Shown piece after piece: positions 10,089 through 19,313 of a stretch of DNA of 64,000 bases (its first letter is position 1; every line of letters begins with the position of its first letter). The DNA lies in contig CAZSUC010000001.1 in NCBI GenBank assembly GCA_964610055.1, forward strand, positions 216,867-280,866, written 5' to 3'. Position numbers and translations under genes: made by a program. The notes below the pieces were generated by a model. The model ran no database searches, was not told the DNA's origin, and saw nothing but the letters and a program-made list of their open reading frames with translations. This DNA is from an uncultured Candidatus Saccharibacteria bacterium (GTDB lineage Bacteria > Patescibacteriota > Andersenbacteria > UBA10190).

Positions 10089-10985
10089 TTCCGGCTTTTT
10101 ATGGTGAAAACGCTCATGCACATCGCGTAAATGAGCGTCTGTTAGGTGAGTATATATCTGTGTCGTCATAATCGACGCATGACCTAAAAGTTGTTGGACT
10201 TGGCGTACATCCGCTCCGTTACTTAATAAGTCAGTTGCAAAAGAGTGTCTTAAAGTATGCGGTGTGATAGTTTTCGTTAAACCCGCTTTAGCTGCATATT
10301 TCTTGATTAAACGCTGAATACTACGCGCCGATAATCGTAAATCATCCTGATTGCCAGCTCCTTGTTTATGGCGAATAAATAAAGCCGGATCCATGTCTAC
10401 CCGGGCGGCTACATAGCTTTTAATCGCGTTATGCGCTTCTTCTGACAAAAACACCACTCTTACTTTGTTACCTTTACCGCGTACTGGTAGCTCGTGTGTA
10501 TTTTCTCGAATATCATCACGATCTAGATGAACTAATTCCGAGATTCTTAATCCCGTTGCAAATAATGTTTGTAAAATCGCCTGATCCCTTTTTTCCTCAA
10601 TATCTTTGTTTTGTGGCGCGCTTAATAACGCATCTACTTCTTCTGGATACAAAAAATCTATTTCTCTTTCCCCTAATTTAGCTAAACCAATTTTTTCTGA
10701 TGCTAAAGCCGCTATGTCTCGGCGTGCTAAGTATTTCAAAAATTGACGCAAGGCTATCAAGTGGTAATTTTGCGTAATTAAGGCAATCTGGCTCATATCA
10801 TTCAAATATCGACGAAATTCCCGAACAGCGTCAGCTGTTATGTCATCAATTGAATTGATTTTCTGTATTTCATAAAAACGTCGCAGGTAATGGTCGTAAT
10901 TCTCAATCGTTTTTTGGGATCTTCCTTGAGCTATTTCTAAGTCCTCCAAAAAATCCGTATGTAATTGCTTTAGTTGGGTGTTCAT
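10065..10985 (-). CDS. xerC: site-specific tyrosine recombinase XerC/XerD family
   Basis: C-terminal catalytic region RHSFATDLLSNGADVRQVQQLLGHASIMTTQIYTH (R..H..R..Y tetrad), plus an N-terminal SAM-like core-binding domain. Confidence 0.9.
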   Translation of the reverse strand: MNTQLKQLHTDFLEDLEIAQGRSQKTIENYDHYLRRFYEIQKINSIDDITADAVREFRRYLNDMSQIALITQNYHLIALRQFLKYLARRDIAALASEKIGLAKLGEREIDFLYPEEVDALLSAPQNKDIEEKRDQAILQTLFATGLRISELVHLDRDDIRENTHELPVRGKGNKVRVVFLSEEAHNAIKSYVAARVDMDPALFIRHKQGAGNQDDLRLSARSIQRLIKKYAAKAGLTKTITPHTLRHSFATDLLSNGADVRQVQQLLGHASIMTTQIYTHLTDAHLRDVHERFHHKKPESTGEISS

Positions 10986-11017
10986 AACCCATAGTTTACA
11001 CTATTTTTGTTTACTGC

Positions 11018-11046
11018 TTGCCAAAATTACCCAATTCAGCTATTGT
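11018..11046 (+). promoter_or_regulatory. candidate sigma70-like promoter for rpsO (TTGCCA-17-TATTGT)
   Basis: TTGCCA at 11018..11023, a 17-nt spacer, TATTGT at 11041..11046, about 80 nt upstream of the rpsO start. Confidence 0.3.
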
Positions 11047-11124
11047 AGACCATATTGGTCTAAGGTATTATTAGAGCAGGTGTAAGCCTGTTATTTCATT
11101 TAGATTAAGATTAAATAAGCTGGT

Positions 11125-11397
11125 ATGTCCAAAGTTGATGCCCGCAAGGCAGATATCATAAAAAAGCATAAAATCCATCAAGGCGACACAGGGTCTCCTG
11201 AGGTTCAAATTGCTATTTTTACTGAAAAAATTGCCGAATTAGCCAAACATCTTCAGTCTAATAAAAAAGACAATCATAGCCGTCGTGGTCTTTTGAGCAT
11301 GGTAAGCAAACGTAAGCGTCTTTTGACTTATCTAAAGCGCCAGGACGAAAAACGATACAAGAGCATTACTAAGAAACTAGGTCTTAAAAGCCAATAA
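11125..11397 (+). CDS. rpsO: 30S ribosomal protein S15
   Basis: 90 aa with the [11 protein letters not shown]...HSRRGLL...RKRLLTYL signature of uS15. Confidence 0.95.
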   Translation: MSKVDARKADIIKKHKIHQGDTGSPEVQIAIFTEKIAELAKHLQSNKKDNHSRRGLLSMVSKRKRLLTYLKRQDEKRYKSITKKLGLKSQ

Positions 11398-11407
11398 TTT
11401 CCCAATT

Positions 11408-11968
11408 TTGCCTAACGATATGATATCCTCCGGACAATTCCCCCAACAGAGAGTCGGGGTATTTGTTGATATCCAGAACATGTATTACTCAGCTCGGGCT
11501 TTATACAATAAAAAAGTTAATTTTAAAGCCATTCTTGAAGCCGCTGTTAATAATCGCCAACTCGTGCGAGCAATTGCCTATGGCATTACCACCGAAGAAG
11601 CGCACGAAGAAGAATTTCACGAAGCTTTAGCCAAACAAGGCTTTGAATTAAAAAATAAGCCCTTACAGACATTTCTTGGTGGCCAGAAAAAAGGCGACTG
11701 GGATGTTGGCATTGCTATTGATATCTTACGGTTAGAACCCAAAATAGACGTTGCTGTCCTTGTGAGCGGTGACGGTGATTTTATTCCACTCGTCTCTTTT
11801 GCTAAAGATCGGGGTCTGCGCATAGAAGTCGTCAGTTTTCGAGAAAGTACCTCTAGTGCGTTAATAGAAGCAGCTGATAGCTTTACTGATTTGTCGGATG
11901 GCCGCCAATTTCTTCTAAGTAATCGCATCGTTAAATCGACTCGACGTTCTCCTAAAATTATCTCCTAA
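11408..11968 (+). CDS. NYN-domain (LabA/DUF88-like) putative ribonuclease
   Basis: VFVDIQNMYYS...VLVSGDGDFIPLV motif arrangement typical of NYN/LabA nucleases. Sits between rpsO and pnp. Confidence 0.7.
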   Translation: MPNDMISSGQFPQQRVGVFVDIQNMYYSARALYNKKVNFKAILEAAVNNRQLVRAIAYGITTEEAHEEEFHEALAKQGFELKNKPLQTFLGGQKKGDWDVGIAIDILRLEPKIDVAVLVSGDGDFIPLVSFAKDRGLRIEVVSFRESTSSALIEAADSFTDLSDGRQFLLSNRIVKSTRRSPKIIS

Positions 11969-11978
11969 TAAAGGCGCT

Positions 11979-12030
11979 TTATATGAAGCGAATATAATTC
12001 CGCTTCATATACATGTTTCTTTATTCATAA
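11979..12030 (+). promoter_or_regulatory. perfect 11-bp stem hairpin in NYN-pnp intergenic region (terminator/processing site candidate)
   Basis: TATATGAAGCG - aatataattc - CGCTTCATATA followed by CATGTTTCTTTATTCAT. Positioned where the rpsO-pnp RNase III/attenuation hairpin lies in model bacteria. Confidence 0.35.
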
Positions 12031-12162
12031 CTAATTAACCGACTTACATTTTTATTGGCACAAGCCCGTCTTTAGACCACTATTTCCCTTACTTAAAGAG
12101 AGATTACGGCCTGAAGATCACGACTTGAGCTGATAAAGATCATATAAAGTCGTAATCAATTT

Positions 12163-14376
12163 ATGGAACCACAAATATCATCTCAGGAGGGAACAGTTAC
12201 AGTGACTGTTCAAGGTAAAAAATTGTCTATATCTACCGGCGAACTAGCTCGTCAAGCCGGTGGGTCAGTGTTAGTCCAGTATGGCGACACCATTGTTCTT
12301 GGTACGGCTACTATGGGGCGACCTCTTTCTCCGGATGGCGATTTTCTCCCTCTACTTGTCGATTACGAAGAAAAATTCTATGCCGCCGGCAAAATTAAAG
12401 GTAGCCGTTTTATCAAAAGAGAAGGGAAGCCTAATGACGAAGCTATCCTGACTGCTCGACTTATTGACCGGGCTATCCGTCCGCTTTTCCCTGATGACAT
12501 GATTAATGATTGTCAGGTAGTATGCACGGTACTCTCTTATGATGGTGAAAATGATCCTGATATCCCTGCGATGATCGCAGCGTTTTCAGCCCTTCATGTT
12601 TCTGATGTTCCTTGGCAAGGCCCATTAGCTGCAGTGAGAATCGCTCATATTGACGGGCAATTCGTCGCTAATCCTAGCAACGAACAGCGCGAACAAAGCG
12701 CCATGGATTTAGTTATTGCTGGTACCAGGGATCGTATCGTTATGCTTGAAGCCGGAGCCAATGAAGTCTCGGAAGAAGTTATTTTAGATGCGTTTGAAGT
12801 CGCACAGCAATTAATGGGTGACATTGCTGAGGCTATGAACCAATTACAAAAACAAATTGGTAAAACCAAACGTGAACCGAGCTTAATGAAAGTCAATGAA
12901 ACCGCATCTCAACGGGTTTTTGCTCCAGCCAAAGAGCTTTTAATCAAAAAGTTAGCCAATGCTCACACTAAAGATGAGATCGGGACGGCTGAAAACGAAA
13001 CCGCTCTTGAAATATCAGCGCAATTATCTGACGAAGATAAAGAATCTATTAGCGATCAAGACGTTCGTAAACAAGTCCATTCCGCTTTCGCTGCCTATTT
13101 TCGTGAACGTGTTTTAGGGGAAGGGTGGCGTTCTGACGGACGCGGGCTTGAAGATATTCGTCCTTTAAAAATTAAAGCTGGCCTTTTGCCTCGTACTCAT
13201 GGTACCGGTCTGTTTCAGCGTGGAGATACCCAAGTCTTAACCGTTCTAACGCTCGGTGGCCCTTCTGATGTTCTGTTCCTTGACACTATGGAAGTTGAAG
13301 AAAAGAAACGTTATATCCATTATTATAATTTTCCTGGATTTTCAGTGGGTGAAGTACGTCCCAGCCGCGGTCCTGGTCGACGCGAAATTGGTCACGGTGC
13401 TTTAGCTGAACGCGCTTTAATCCCTGTACTACCCGAAAAAGATTCTTGGCCTTATACGATGTTGTTAGTCTCAGAAGTACTCGAAAGTCACGGCTCTTCT
13501 TCGATGGCTTCAGTTTGTGGTTCTACTCTCGCCTTAATGGATGCCGGCGTTCCTATCAAAAAACCAGTTGCCGGTATTGCTATGGGTCTTGTAACTGACG
13601 GGGAAGGTAACTTTAAAGTCTTAACTGACATTGCTGGAATTGAAGACGAGAAAGGGGATATGGACTTCAAAGTCGCTGGCACTACTGATGGCATTACTGC
13701 TATTCAAATGGATATAAAAGTTACTGGGCTTAATCGGGATATCCTATCTCAAGCTCTCGCTCAAGCTCGTCGCGCACGTGAATTTATCCTTGATAAAATG
13801 AGTCAAGTTATAGCTCAACCCAGAGCCGAATTGTCTCCATACGCTCCTCGTATTGAGCTAGTCAAAATTGATCCATCCAAAATCGGTGAACTCATTGGAC
13901 CTAAAGGAAAAAATATCAATGAGATTATTGAAAAAACGGGTGTCGAGATTGATATTGATGATGATGGACTTGTATCAATTACCTCAACTGATCAAAAAGG
14001 AATGTCTGAGGCATTAGATTGGGTTAAGAATATGACTCGCGAGATTAAAGTAGGCGAAAAGTTCGACGGTCGTGTCACTAGAATTATGGATTTTGGCGCT
14101 TTTGTTGAGCTTATTCCTGGAGCAGAAGGTATGGTGCATATCTCTCAATTTCGTGATGAACGTGTTAATAATATTCACGATGTTGTTAAAGTTGGAGACA
14201 TTATACCTGTGGTTGTCATCGAAATTGACGCTATGAAACGCATCAACCTGTCGCACAAGGCCGCTTTGCCCGGAGCTAAATTACCATCTAAGACAGATCA
14301 TAAAAATAGTAACGGATCTCGCTATCAATCAGGCAAAAGACCAACTCCTCCTCGACCCCCTCACATCGCTGGATAG
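12163..14376 (+). CDS. pnp: polyribonucleotide nucleotidyltransferase (PNPase)
   Basis: 737 aa with two RNase PH domains, KH (…IGPKGKNINEI…) and S1 (…GRVTRIMDFGAFVEL…) domains, and a Pro-rich C-terminus. Confidence 0.95.
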   Translation: MEPQISSQEGTVTVTVQGKKLSISTGELARQAGGSVLVQYGDTIVLGTATMGRPLSPDGDFLPLLVDYEEKFYAAGKIKGSRFIKREGKPNDEAILTARLIDRAIRPLFPDDMINDCQVVCTVLSYDGENDPDIPAMIAAFSALHVSDVPWQGPLAAVRIAHIDGQFVANPSNEQREQSAMDLVIAGTRDRIVMLEAGANEVSEEVILDAFEVAQQLMGDIAEAMNQLQKQIGKTKREPSLMKVNETASQRVFAPAKELLIKKLANAHTKDEIGTAENETALEISAQLSDEDKESISDQDVRKQVHSAFAAYFRERVLGEGWRSDGRGLEDIRPLKIKAGLLPRTHGTGLFQRGDTQVLTVLTLGGPSDVLFLDTMEVEEKKRYIHYYNFPGFSVGEVRPSRGPGRREIGHGALAERALIPVLPEKDSWPYTMLLVSEVLESHGSSSMASVCGSTLALMDAGVPIKKPVAGIAMGLVTDGEGNFKVLTDIAGIEDEKGDMDFKVAGTTDGITAIQMDIKVTGLNRDILSQALAQARRAREFILDKMSQVIAQPRAELSPYAPRIELVKIDPSKIGELIGPKGKNINEIIEKTGVEIDIDDDGLVSITSTDQKGMSEALDWVKNMTREIKVGEKFDGRVTRIMDFGAFVELIPGAEGMVHISQFRDERVNNIHDVVKVGDIIPVVVIEIDAMKRINLSHKAALPGAKLPSKTDHKNSNGSRYQSGKRPTPPRPPHIAG

Positions 14377-14400
14377 TGTAGTATTTTGTCACTATAGTCA

Positions 14401-14435
14401 CTACGCGCCTCTAATAAGGCGCGTAGTTTGTATAC
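14401..14435 (+). terminator. rho-independent terminator after pnp
   Basis: CTACGCGCC-tctaataa-GGCGCGTAG followed by TTTGTATAC. Confidence 0.55.
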
Positions 14436-14462
14436 ATGGTATAATAACGCGAGTTAGCCCTT

Positions 14463-16472
14463 ATGGCCTCAAACGATTCGCAATCTCCTTCTCAATCAAC
14501 GCAGCCGCCGCAATTTAAAGCGCCGGTCTCTCCTCCTCGTTTGCAAGCTCAGCCAATAGTTAAAGGTTTATTACCGTCAAAAGATCATGTTTCTAACCCT
14601 GTCATTCCTCAGCCGCAATCTGATATTAAAACGCAAATTAGTGCTCCGTCATCACGAGAGCAATTACCTAAGCCAAATAAACCTTCTCAAAAAACATCGT
14701 CAATACCATCGTCTCCTTCTAATAAGCCATTATCTTCAGCTCCCAAAAAACTAGAAATTCACACAATGAAAGATGACATGGAGGCTTTGCGTGCTTCTAC
14801 CCTTAGTACGCCACAAATTTTACCGTCTAAGGATCAAAAGCCAGTACCTGTCGTTAAAACTATTTCCAAAACATCGTCTCCTTCTGCTCAGCAAACACAG
14901 GTATCAGTATCAGGCACACCTTCTGCTGTGCCTAAGCGTATTGTTTCTCAACCGTCCGTTCCTTCAAAAAAAGCACCTAGACATCGCAAAACTAACCGGA
15001 AAACTATCCGATCTCTATTTTTAACTATCTTATTGCTAGTAATTACTTTGGGGGGAGCGGGGGCATTTTGGTGGTACTTTGGCGACATGATTCTTCCGTC
15101 ATCAGAAACAGACACTATTTTAGCTACTGCGTCGCAAGTATTACCGTCTAATTACTCAATGATTATCGGATATCATTTTGATACTTTATCTGATCGAACC
15201 TCTGTTTCTTCTGTCTGGCAAAAACAAAGAGGTGATAAAACAGAAGATATCTCCGATTTGCTTAGTGGCGACCCGCGGCTGCTAATTGACGATCCTGAAA
15301 TAACTCAGATTTATTACGCTATTTTATCAGATAGCCCTCGCCCTTATTTAATTGTTCCTCAGGTTGAAAGTACAACGGCTCTTTTTGACGCTGCTGCTAG
15401 TCATATTCAAGCTACTACTTACAAGGGATGGTATGTCGTGCACCCTGTTGCAACTGAAAAATTTATTCAAGCCGTCTCAGATAGTCAGTTAGCTAACGAC
15501 AGTACTGATTATTCTGTGTTAGTGTCTACCCAAGCCAATGCACCAATTCGTGTGCTTCTTAATGCCAGTGTGATTGCTGCCATTAGTCAAGACGCTTTAG
15601 GCGAAGGACTAGGTAGCGCACAACTAAGCCAATTAAATTTAATCGGATATCCAGCTAACGATAATTCCACAATTGAATTTACGGGTGAAGCCGTTCAGAT
15701 TTCTTCCACTATTACCAATGGACTTATGTTGCAGAATAGTCGTGATTTATTAAATAAGATTCCAGATTCGGCCACATTTATTCGCTTAGGAGGTAGCTTT
15801 GCTGACGACCTTAGGGAATGGAGCGCTAATGCCACTGAAATTGATCAAGACGCTATCAATTTACCTAATGTACGTCAAACCATTGATCAACTCGAATCTC
15901 CTTATGCTTTTTACATCATCGAAAAGTCTGCCGGAGAACGTGATTTTGGTCTGATTATCGATTTACCTAGTGATTATCAAAATTTTATAACTGAGCCAGA
16001 TTCAGTGATTGAGGCTGGTTTGGCCGCTTTGATTCCAATTCTTACCGGAAGACAATCTGTTGCTTCGGTGGCCTTTTCAGATGGAGCTTATTCGGGGGTT
16101 AATCTAAGGTATGTAAATTTTTCTGGCTCAAACAGTGCTCTTGATTACGCCATTTCTGATCAATATTTGCTTATTGGCACTTCAAAAGACGCTATGTTTG
16201 ATCTCATTGATACGGTTCTAGGAAATAATTCATCTGTACCGTCATCTTCCTTATTCACTGAACTCTTGAATTCCTGGGGAGTTTTACCGGAAAGTCAAAA
16301 CTTAGTTATTAGTCAGGTTGGGTATGAGTATTTAAGCCAAATTCTGCCCATATCGTCTCCATCTGGTGAATTTAATTTTGGATATACTTCTACAATTGAT
16401 TCAAATTCTCCTTCAAAACGCTCTTTATCTGGAATTATTCAGCTCAATAATAGCTCCGAATCTTCTGACTAA
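14463..16472 (+). CDS. hypothetical membrane-anchored protein with Pro/Ser-rich N-terminal region
   Basis: 669 aa. A low-complexity S/P/Q-rich ~190 aa N-terminus, one TM helix (LFLTILLLVITLGGAGAFWWYF), then a large probably extracytoplasmic domain. Confidence 0.5.
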   Translation: MASNDSQSPSQSTQPPQFKAPVSPPRLQAQPIVKGLLPSKDHVSNPVIPQPQSDIKTQISAPSSREQLPKPNKPSQKTSSIPSSPSNKPLSSAPKKLEIHTMKDDMEALRASTLSTPQILPSKDQKPVPVVKTISKTSSPSAQQTQVSVSGTPSAVPKRIVSQPSVPSKKAPRHRKTNRKTIRSLFLTILLLVITLGGAGAFWWYFGDMILPSSETDTILATASQVLPSNYSMIIGYHFDTLSDRTSVSSVWQKQRGDKTEDISDLLSGDPRLLIDDPEITQIYYAILSDSPRPYLIVPQVESTTALFDAAASHIQATTYKGWYVVHPVATEKFIQAVSDSQLANDSTDYSVLVSTQANAPIRVLLNASVIAAISQDALGEGLGSAQLSQLNLIGYPANDNSTIEFTGEAVQISSTITNGLMLQNSRDLLNKIPDSATFIRLGGSFADDLREWSANATEIDQDAINLPNVRQTIDQLESPYAFYIIEKSAGERDFGLIIDLPSDYQNFITEPDSVIEAGLAALIPILTGRQSVASVAFSDGAYSGVNLRYVNFSGSNSALDYAISDQYLLIGTSKDAMFDLIDTVLGNNSSVPSSSLFTELLNSWGVLPESQNLVISQVGYEYLSQILPISSPSGEFNFGYTSTIDSNSPSKRSLSGIIQLNNSSESSD

Positions 16473-16520
16473 ATAATTTTGCTACTTAATTTTTAAGAGT
16501 AGCTAAGGTAATCTTTTTAC

Positions 16521-17771
16521 ATGCGTCTTAAAATTCGTGTTTTATTGCTCGTGATTATTCCAATAGTACTTCTTGGTGGTTCTTTAAGTATTGTCTTTCT
16601 TCCTTGGGCAACTTGGTATGTATTAGATCCAAACGCCACATATCGCATATTTTTTACGCCAAAAAGTATTCCTGAGGTTATGAAAAATCACAGCGCTCAA
16701 TTATTGCCAGGTATCAACGAAACAATTATTCAATATAGCCAGTTTGTAGCTATATACAGCGAAGGACAGTCGTTAATTTATATTATAAATCCAACTTTAA
16801 CAGGCCAGATTTTATTGCCTAAAATAACGAGACAGCAAGGATTAAATGTTCAAAGGTTAGGGCCGCTTTTACAAATCTCTTCTTCTGACAATAACCCTGT
16901 ACTATTAACTTCAAGCTTGCTAATCAAATCTTATGCTAAAGCAATATATCATGTTCCTCTTGATCACTTATCTTTTTACCCTGATTTAGTCGCAAATATT
17001 CCAGGAAATGAGCTTAATTATTCTTCAAATGTTAATTTAACTGGTGATTTTCAAGAACATGCTCTTAATTTTTATATTTCATCTGAAAAATTATCATTTA
17101 CAAAGACTCTTAATAATACAGAAAATAATAATGAAGACCTACGTATAGCTATACAAAGCGAATTATTAGAGTATATCCCAAAAGAATTACAAGACAATCT
17201 CAACCAAATAATTAAAGAAGATCTTAATTTTTCTTACACTCAACCCAATTTCATTAATAGTTTATCTGACGCCGAAGCTTTCGGAGTTTTATATTCGCCA
17301 GATAAAGGTTTCAGTCTTATTTATGACGGTGACCAGCCAGAAGAATTTGTTCAAATTGCAGAAACCTGGATTCAAGATGAAGAGCGTTATTCTCGTCCAA
17401 CAAAACGTGGTTTTAAAACCCCCGATGGAATTCTTGGTTATGAAATTGTCCCTGGTGAAGCCGAACCTGTTTTTCATGGCTGGCTATCAAATTGTCGCGA
17501 ACCCATTGATGGTAAAACTAATGTTTGGTTGTGTCGGCAGGGGAACAAAGTCTCCCTGGGGAGTAACGAATCCGCGACTCGCTCAGCTCTAGATTTACCA
17601 GTCTCAGATGAAAGCTGGTTGATTGATATTCCGCAATCAATTCTCACACAATTACATCAAAGTCAGGCCTGTCAAGGCAGTGCTGATCTTATCACTGATG
17701 CTTTATGTCAAACCAATGACTTGTTAATTAAATACGATAATGGAAGTCTGCAAATCTCTACAAAATTCTAA
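16521..17771 (+). CDS. hypothetical secreted/membrane-anchored protein
   Basis: 416 aa ORF with an N-terminal TM/signal-anchor (LLLVIIPIVLLGGSLSIVFL). Confidence 0.45.
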   Translation: MRLKIRVLLLVIIPIVLLGGSLSIVFLPWATWYVLDPNATYRIFFTPKSIPEVMKNHSAQLLPGINETIIQYSQFVAIYSEGQSLIYIINPTLTGQILLPKITRQQGLNVQRLGPLLQISSSDNNPVLLTSSLLIKSYAKAIYHVPLDHLSFYPDLVANIPGNELNYSSNVNLTGDFQEHALNFYISSEKLSFTKTLNNTENNNEDLRIAIQSELLEYIPKELQDNLNQIIKEDLNFSYTQPNFINSLSDAEAFGVLYSPDKGFSLIYDGDQPEEFVQIAETWIQDEERYSRPTKRGFKTPDGILGYEIVPGEAEPVFHGWLSNCREPIDGKTNVWLCRQGNKVSLGSNESATRSALDLPVSDESWLIDIPQSILTQLHQSQACQGSADLITDALCQTNDLLIKYDNGSLQISTKF

Positions 17772-18094
17772 TTATTTTTCATCCACAGCCCCTGGGGAAA
17801 AGGTGTCAAAAACATGAATACAAAATGTGTGCAAAAATCGATCCCACAGGATTGATTGTTAGTCAAAAAGATGCTATACTGTGATCAATACCAGTGAATT
17901 AGGCGCTGGGATGCACACAAACAAACGAAATTAAAATAACGATTCTAGCGAGAAAAGCCCGTGAACGGCTGCTAGAATCGCCCAAGGAGTTCTTTGCAAA
18001 ATAAATATTCGATAAAAACATCCAAGACTCTTCTCACTTTTTGACGGCTCTTTCTTTCTGAATTTTTAACTTGATTTACCTCATGATTTTAGCC

Positions 18095-18515
18095 GCTTCT
18101 GGGAGAGCGCGGTTAGGGAGTATTTCCCCCTATACTCCCTAACTGTGCTCTCTCAATATATGAGACGAAGAGCACACCTTGGCTGCGAGGATGAGGTCCC
18201 TCTGCGGACCCCACAATAAAAAAACAAACAATCAAAAACACGGACGTACCCTTGTACATTATCAGCGGTGCCCTCTCTAGCCTCTCGGGCTTTGGGGAGG
18301 AAGATCCGCAATCGCAGTTAAGGATTCTGTGCAAGCAGTAGGGCACAGAAACTCATTCCTTCCAGTAGGTACCCATTGTTATGGCCGTCCATGTCTGGCT
18401 TTACAGTTTTTCTGTAATGCCAGATACGGATGGCTATAACGGACTTGCTGGGAGCTCTCAAAAGCCCTCCGGTCCTTTAAATCTCTTAATCGGCCGTCGA
18501 GGGCTTTTTCTATTC
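18095..18515 (+). ncRNA. candidate structured ncRNA (possibly RNase P RNA / rnpB-like)
   Basis: ~750 bp region without a credible ORF. Densely nested perfect hairpins (GGTTAGGGAGTAT...ATACTCCCTAAC; GTGCTCT...AGAGCAC; GGTCC...GGACC). A 5'/3' complementary pair GGGAGAGC / GCTCTC could form a P1-like helix. Elements weakly resemble P4 (GAGGATGAGGTCC, GGCTATAACGGAC). Terminal hairpin AGCCCTCCGG...GAGGGCT + TTTTTCT. Confidence 0.3.
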
Positions 18516-18523
18516 TTAATTTT

Positions 18524-18892
18524 TTGTATACTGTCATTATGACTCCTAATCACTCTCATTATTCCGTTGAGTTTATTCAAGAAATGCAGGCACGGCTTGA
18601 AGATGAACGCCAAAAAATTAAATCTGAATTAAATCAGGATGCTCACCAGGAACATAGTGATTATGTCGCTAACTTCCCGGAATATGGTCGTACGGACGAA
18701 GAGAATGTCAGTGAAATCGCTGATTACACTACTCTAAATGCCACCACCGAAGCCTTAGAAAGCCGCCTCGATGATGTTAACTCCGCCTTAAATCGCATCT
18801 CTAACGGCACTTATGGCGTTACTGATTCCGGTGACATTATTCCTGAGGAACGATTACGCGCCAATCCTGCCGCCAATACACTTGTTCAATAA
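18524..18892 (+). CDS. DksA/TraR-family-like protein lacking the zinc-finger cysteines
   Basis: C-terminal ALNRISNGTYGVTDSGDIIPEERLRANPAA matches the DksA/TraR C4 finger region (AL.RI..GTYG.C..CG..I...RL.A.P.A), but all four Cys are replaced. N-terminal coiled-coil. Confidence 0.45.
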   Translation: MYTVIMTPNHSHYSVEFIQEMQARLEDERQKIKSELNQDAHQEHSDYVANFPEYGRTDEENVSEIADYTTLNATTEALESRLDDVNSALNRISNGTYGVTDSGDIIPEERLRANPAANTLVQ

Positions 18893-19304
18893 AAGATCAG
18901 ATCAATTAATCTACCTATTTATCCTGCTTGGCGTTTTTTTATTTGATCAGTTTTTAAAAACTGTCTGTGCTGATTTAGGGTTTATTTATCTAAATCATTA
19001 CGGTTCATTTTCTCTGGCTTTCTCTCAGACTGCTATTGTTTTTTCTGCCTTAATTACGCTCTTAATCTTATTTGGATTTTTTACCGTCGAACGTAATCAA
19101 CTCAGGCTTTTTAGTTTGAGCCTTATTCTTGGCGGTGGTTTAAGTAATTTTATCGATCGCATTATTTATTCAGGTGTTAGAGATATTCCTTTAGCTTCGT
19201 CTTTTTCTTTTAATTTTGCGGATTTATTTGTCATTAGTGGGATTATTCTGCTTTTATCGCAATCAATCGTGCATATGTTAAACTTAAACACAAATCAACC
19301 CTAA
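18882..19304 (+). CDS. lspA: lipoprotein signal peptidase II
   Basis: Motifs GGGLSNFIDRIIYSGVRD and FNFADLFVISG match LspA conserved blocks; four TM helices. The ORF track start (18813) overlaps the upstream gene. An in-frame TTG at 18882 is the more likely start; no ATG is available. Confidence 0.7.
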   Translation: MFNKRSDQLIYLFILLGVFLFDQFLKTVCADLGFIYLNHYGSFSLAFSQTAIVFSALITLLILFGFFTVERNQLRLFSLSLILGGGLSNFIDRIIYSGVRDIPLASSFSFNFADLFVISGIILLLSQSIVHMLNLNTNQP

Positions 19305-19313
19305 TTAATCAGC

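Noticed and set aside
14463-15000. Ser/Pro/Gln-rich repeats as a possible mobile or repeat element
   Set aside because: They are in-frame low-complexity protein sequence (an extracellular linker), not DNA-level repeats.
17800-18100. Possible tmRNA upstream of the structured region
   Set aside because: No tRNA-like 3' end (GGTTCGAxTCC…CCA) and no tag-peptide reading frame could be recognised by eye.
18113-18346. 77-aa minus-strand ORF in the 18 kb intergenic region
   Set aside because: It lies within the nested-hairpin structured region with no RBS; an ncRNA is the more plausible explanation.
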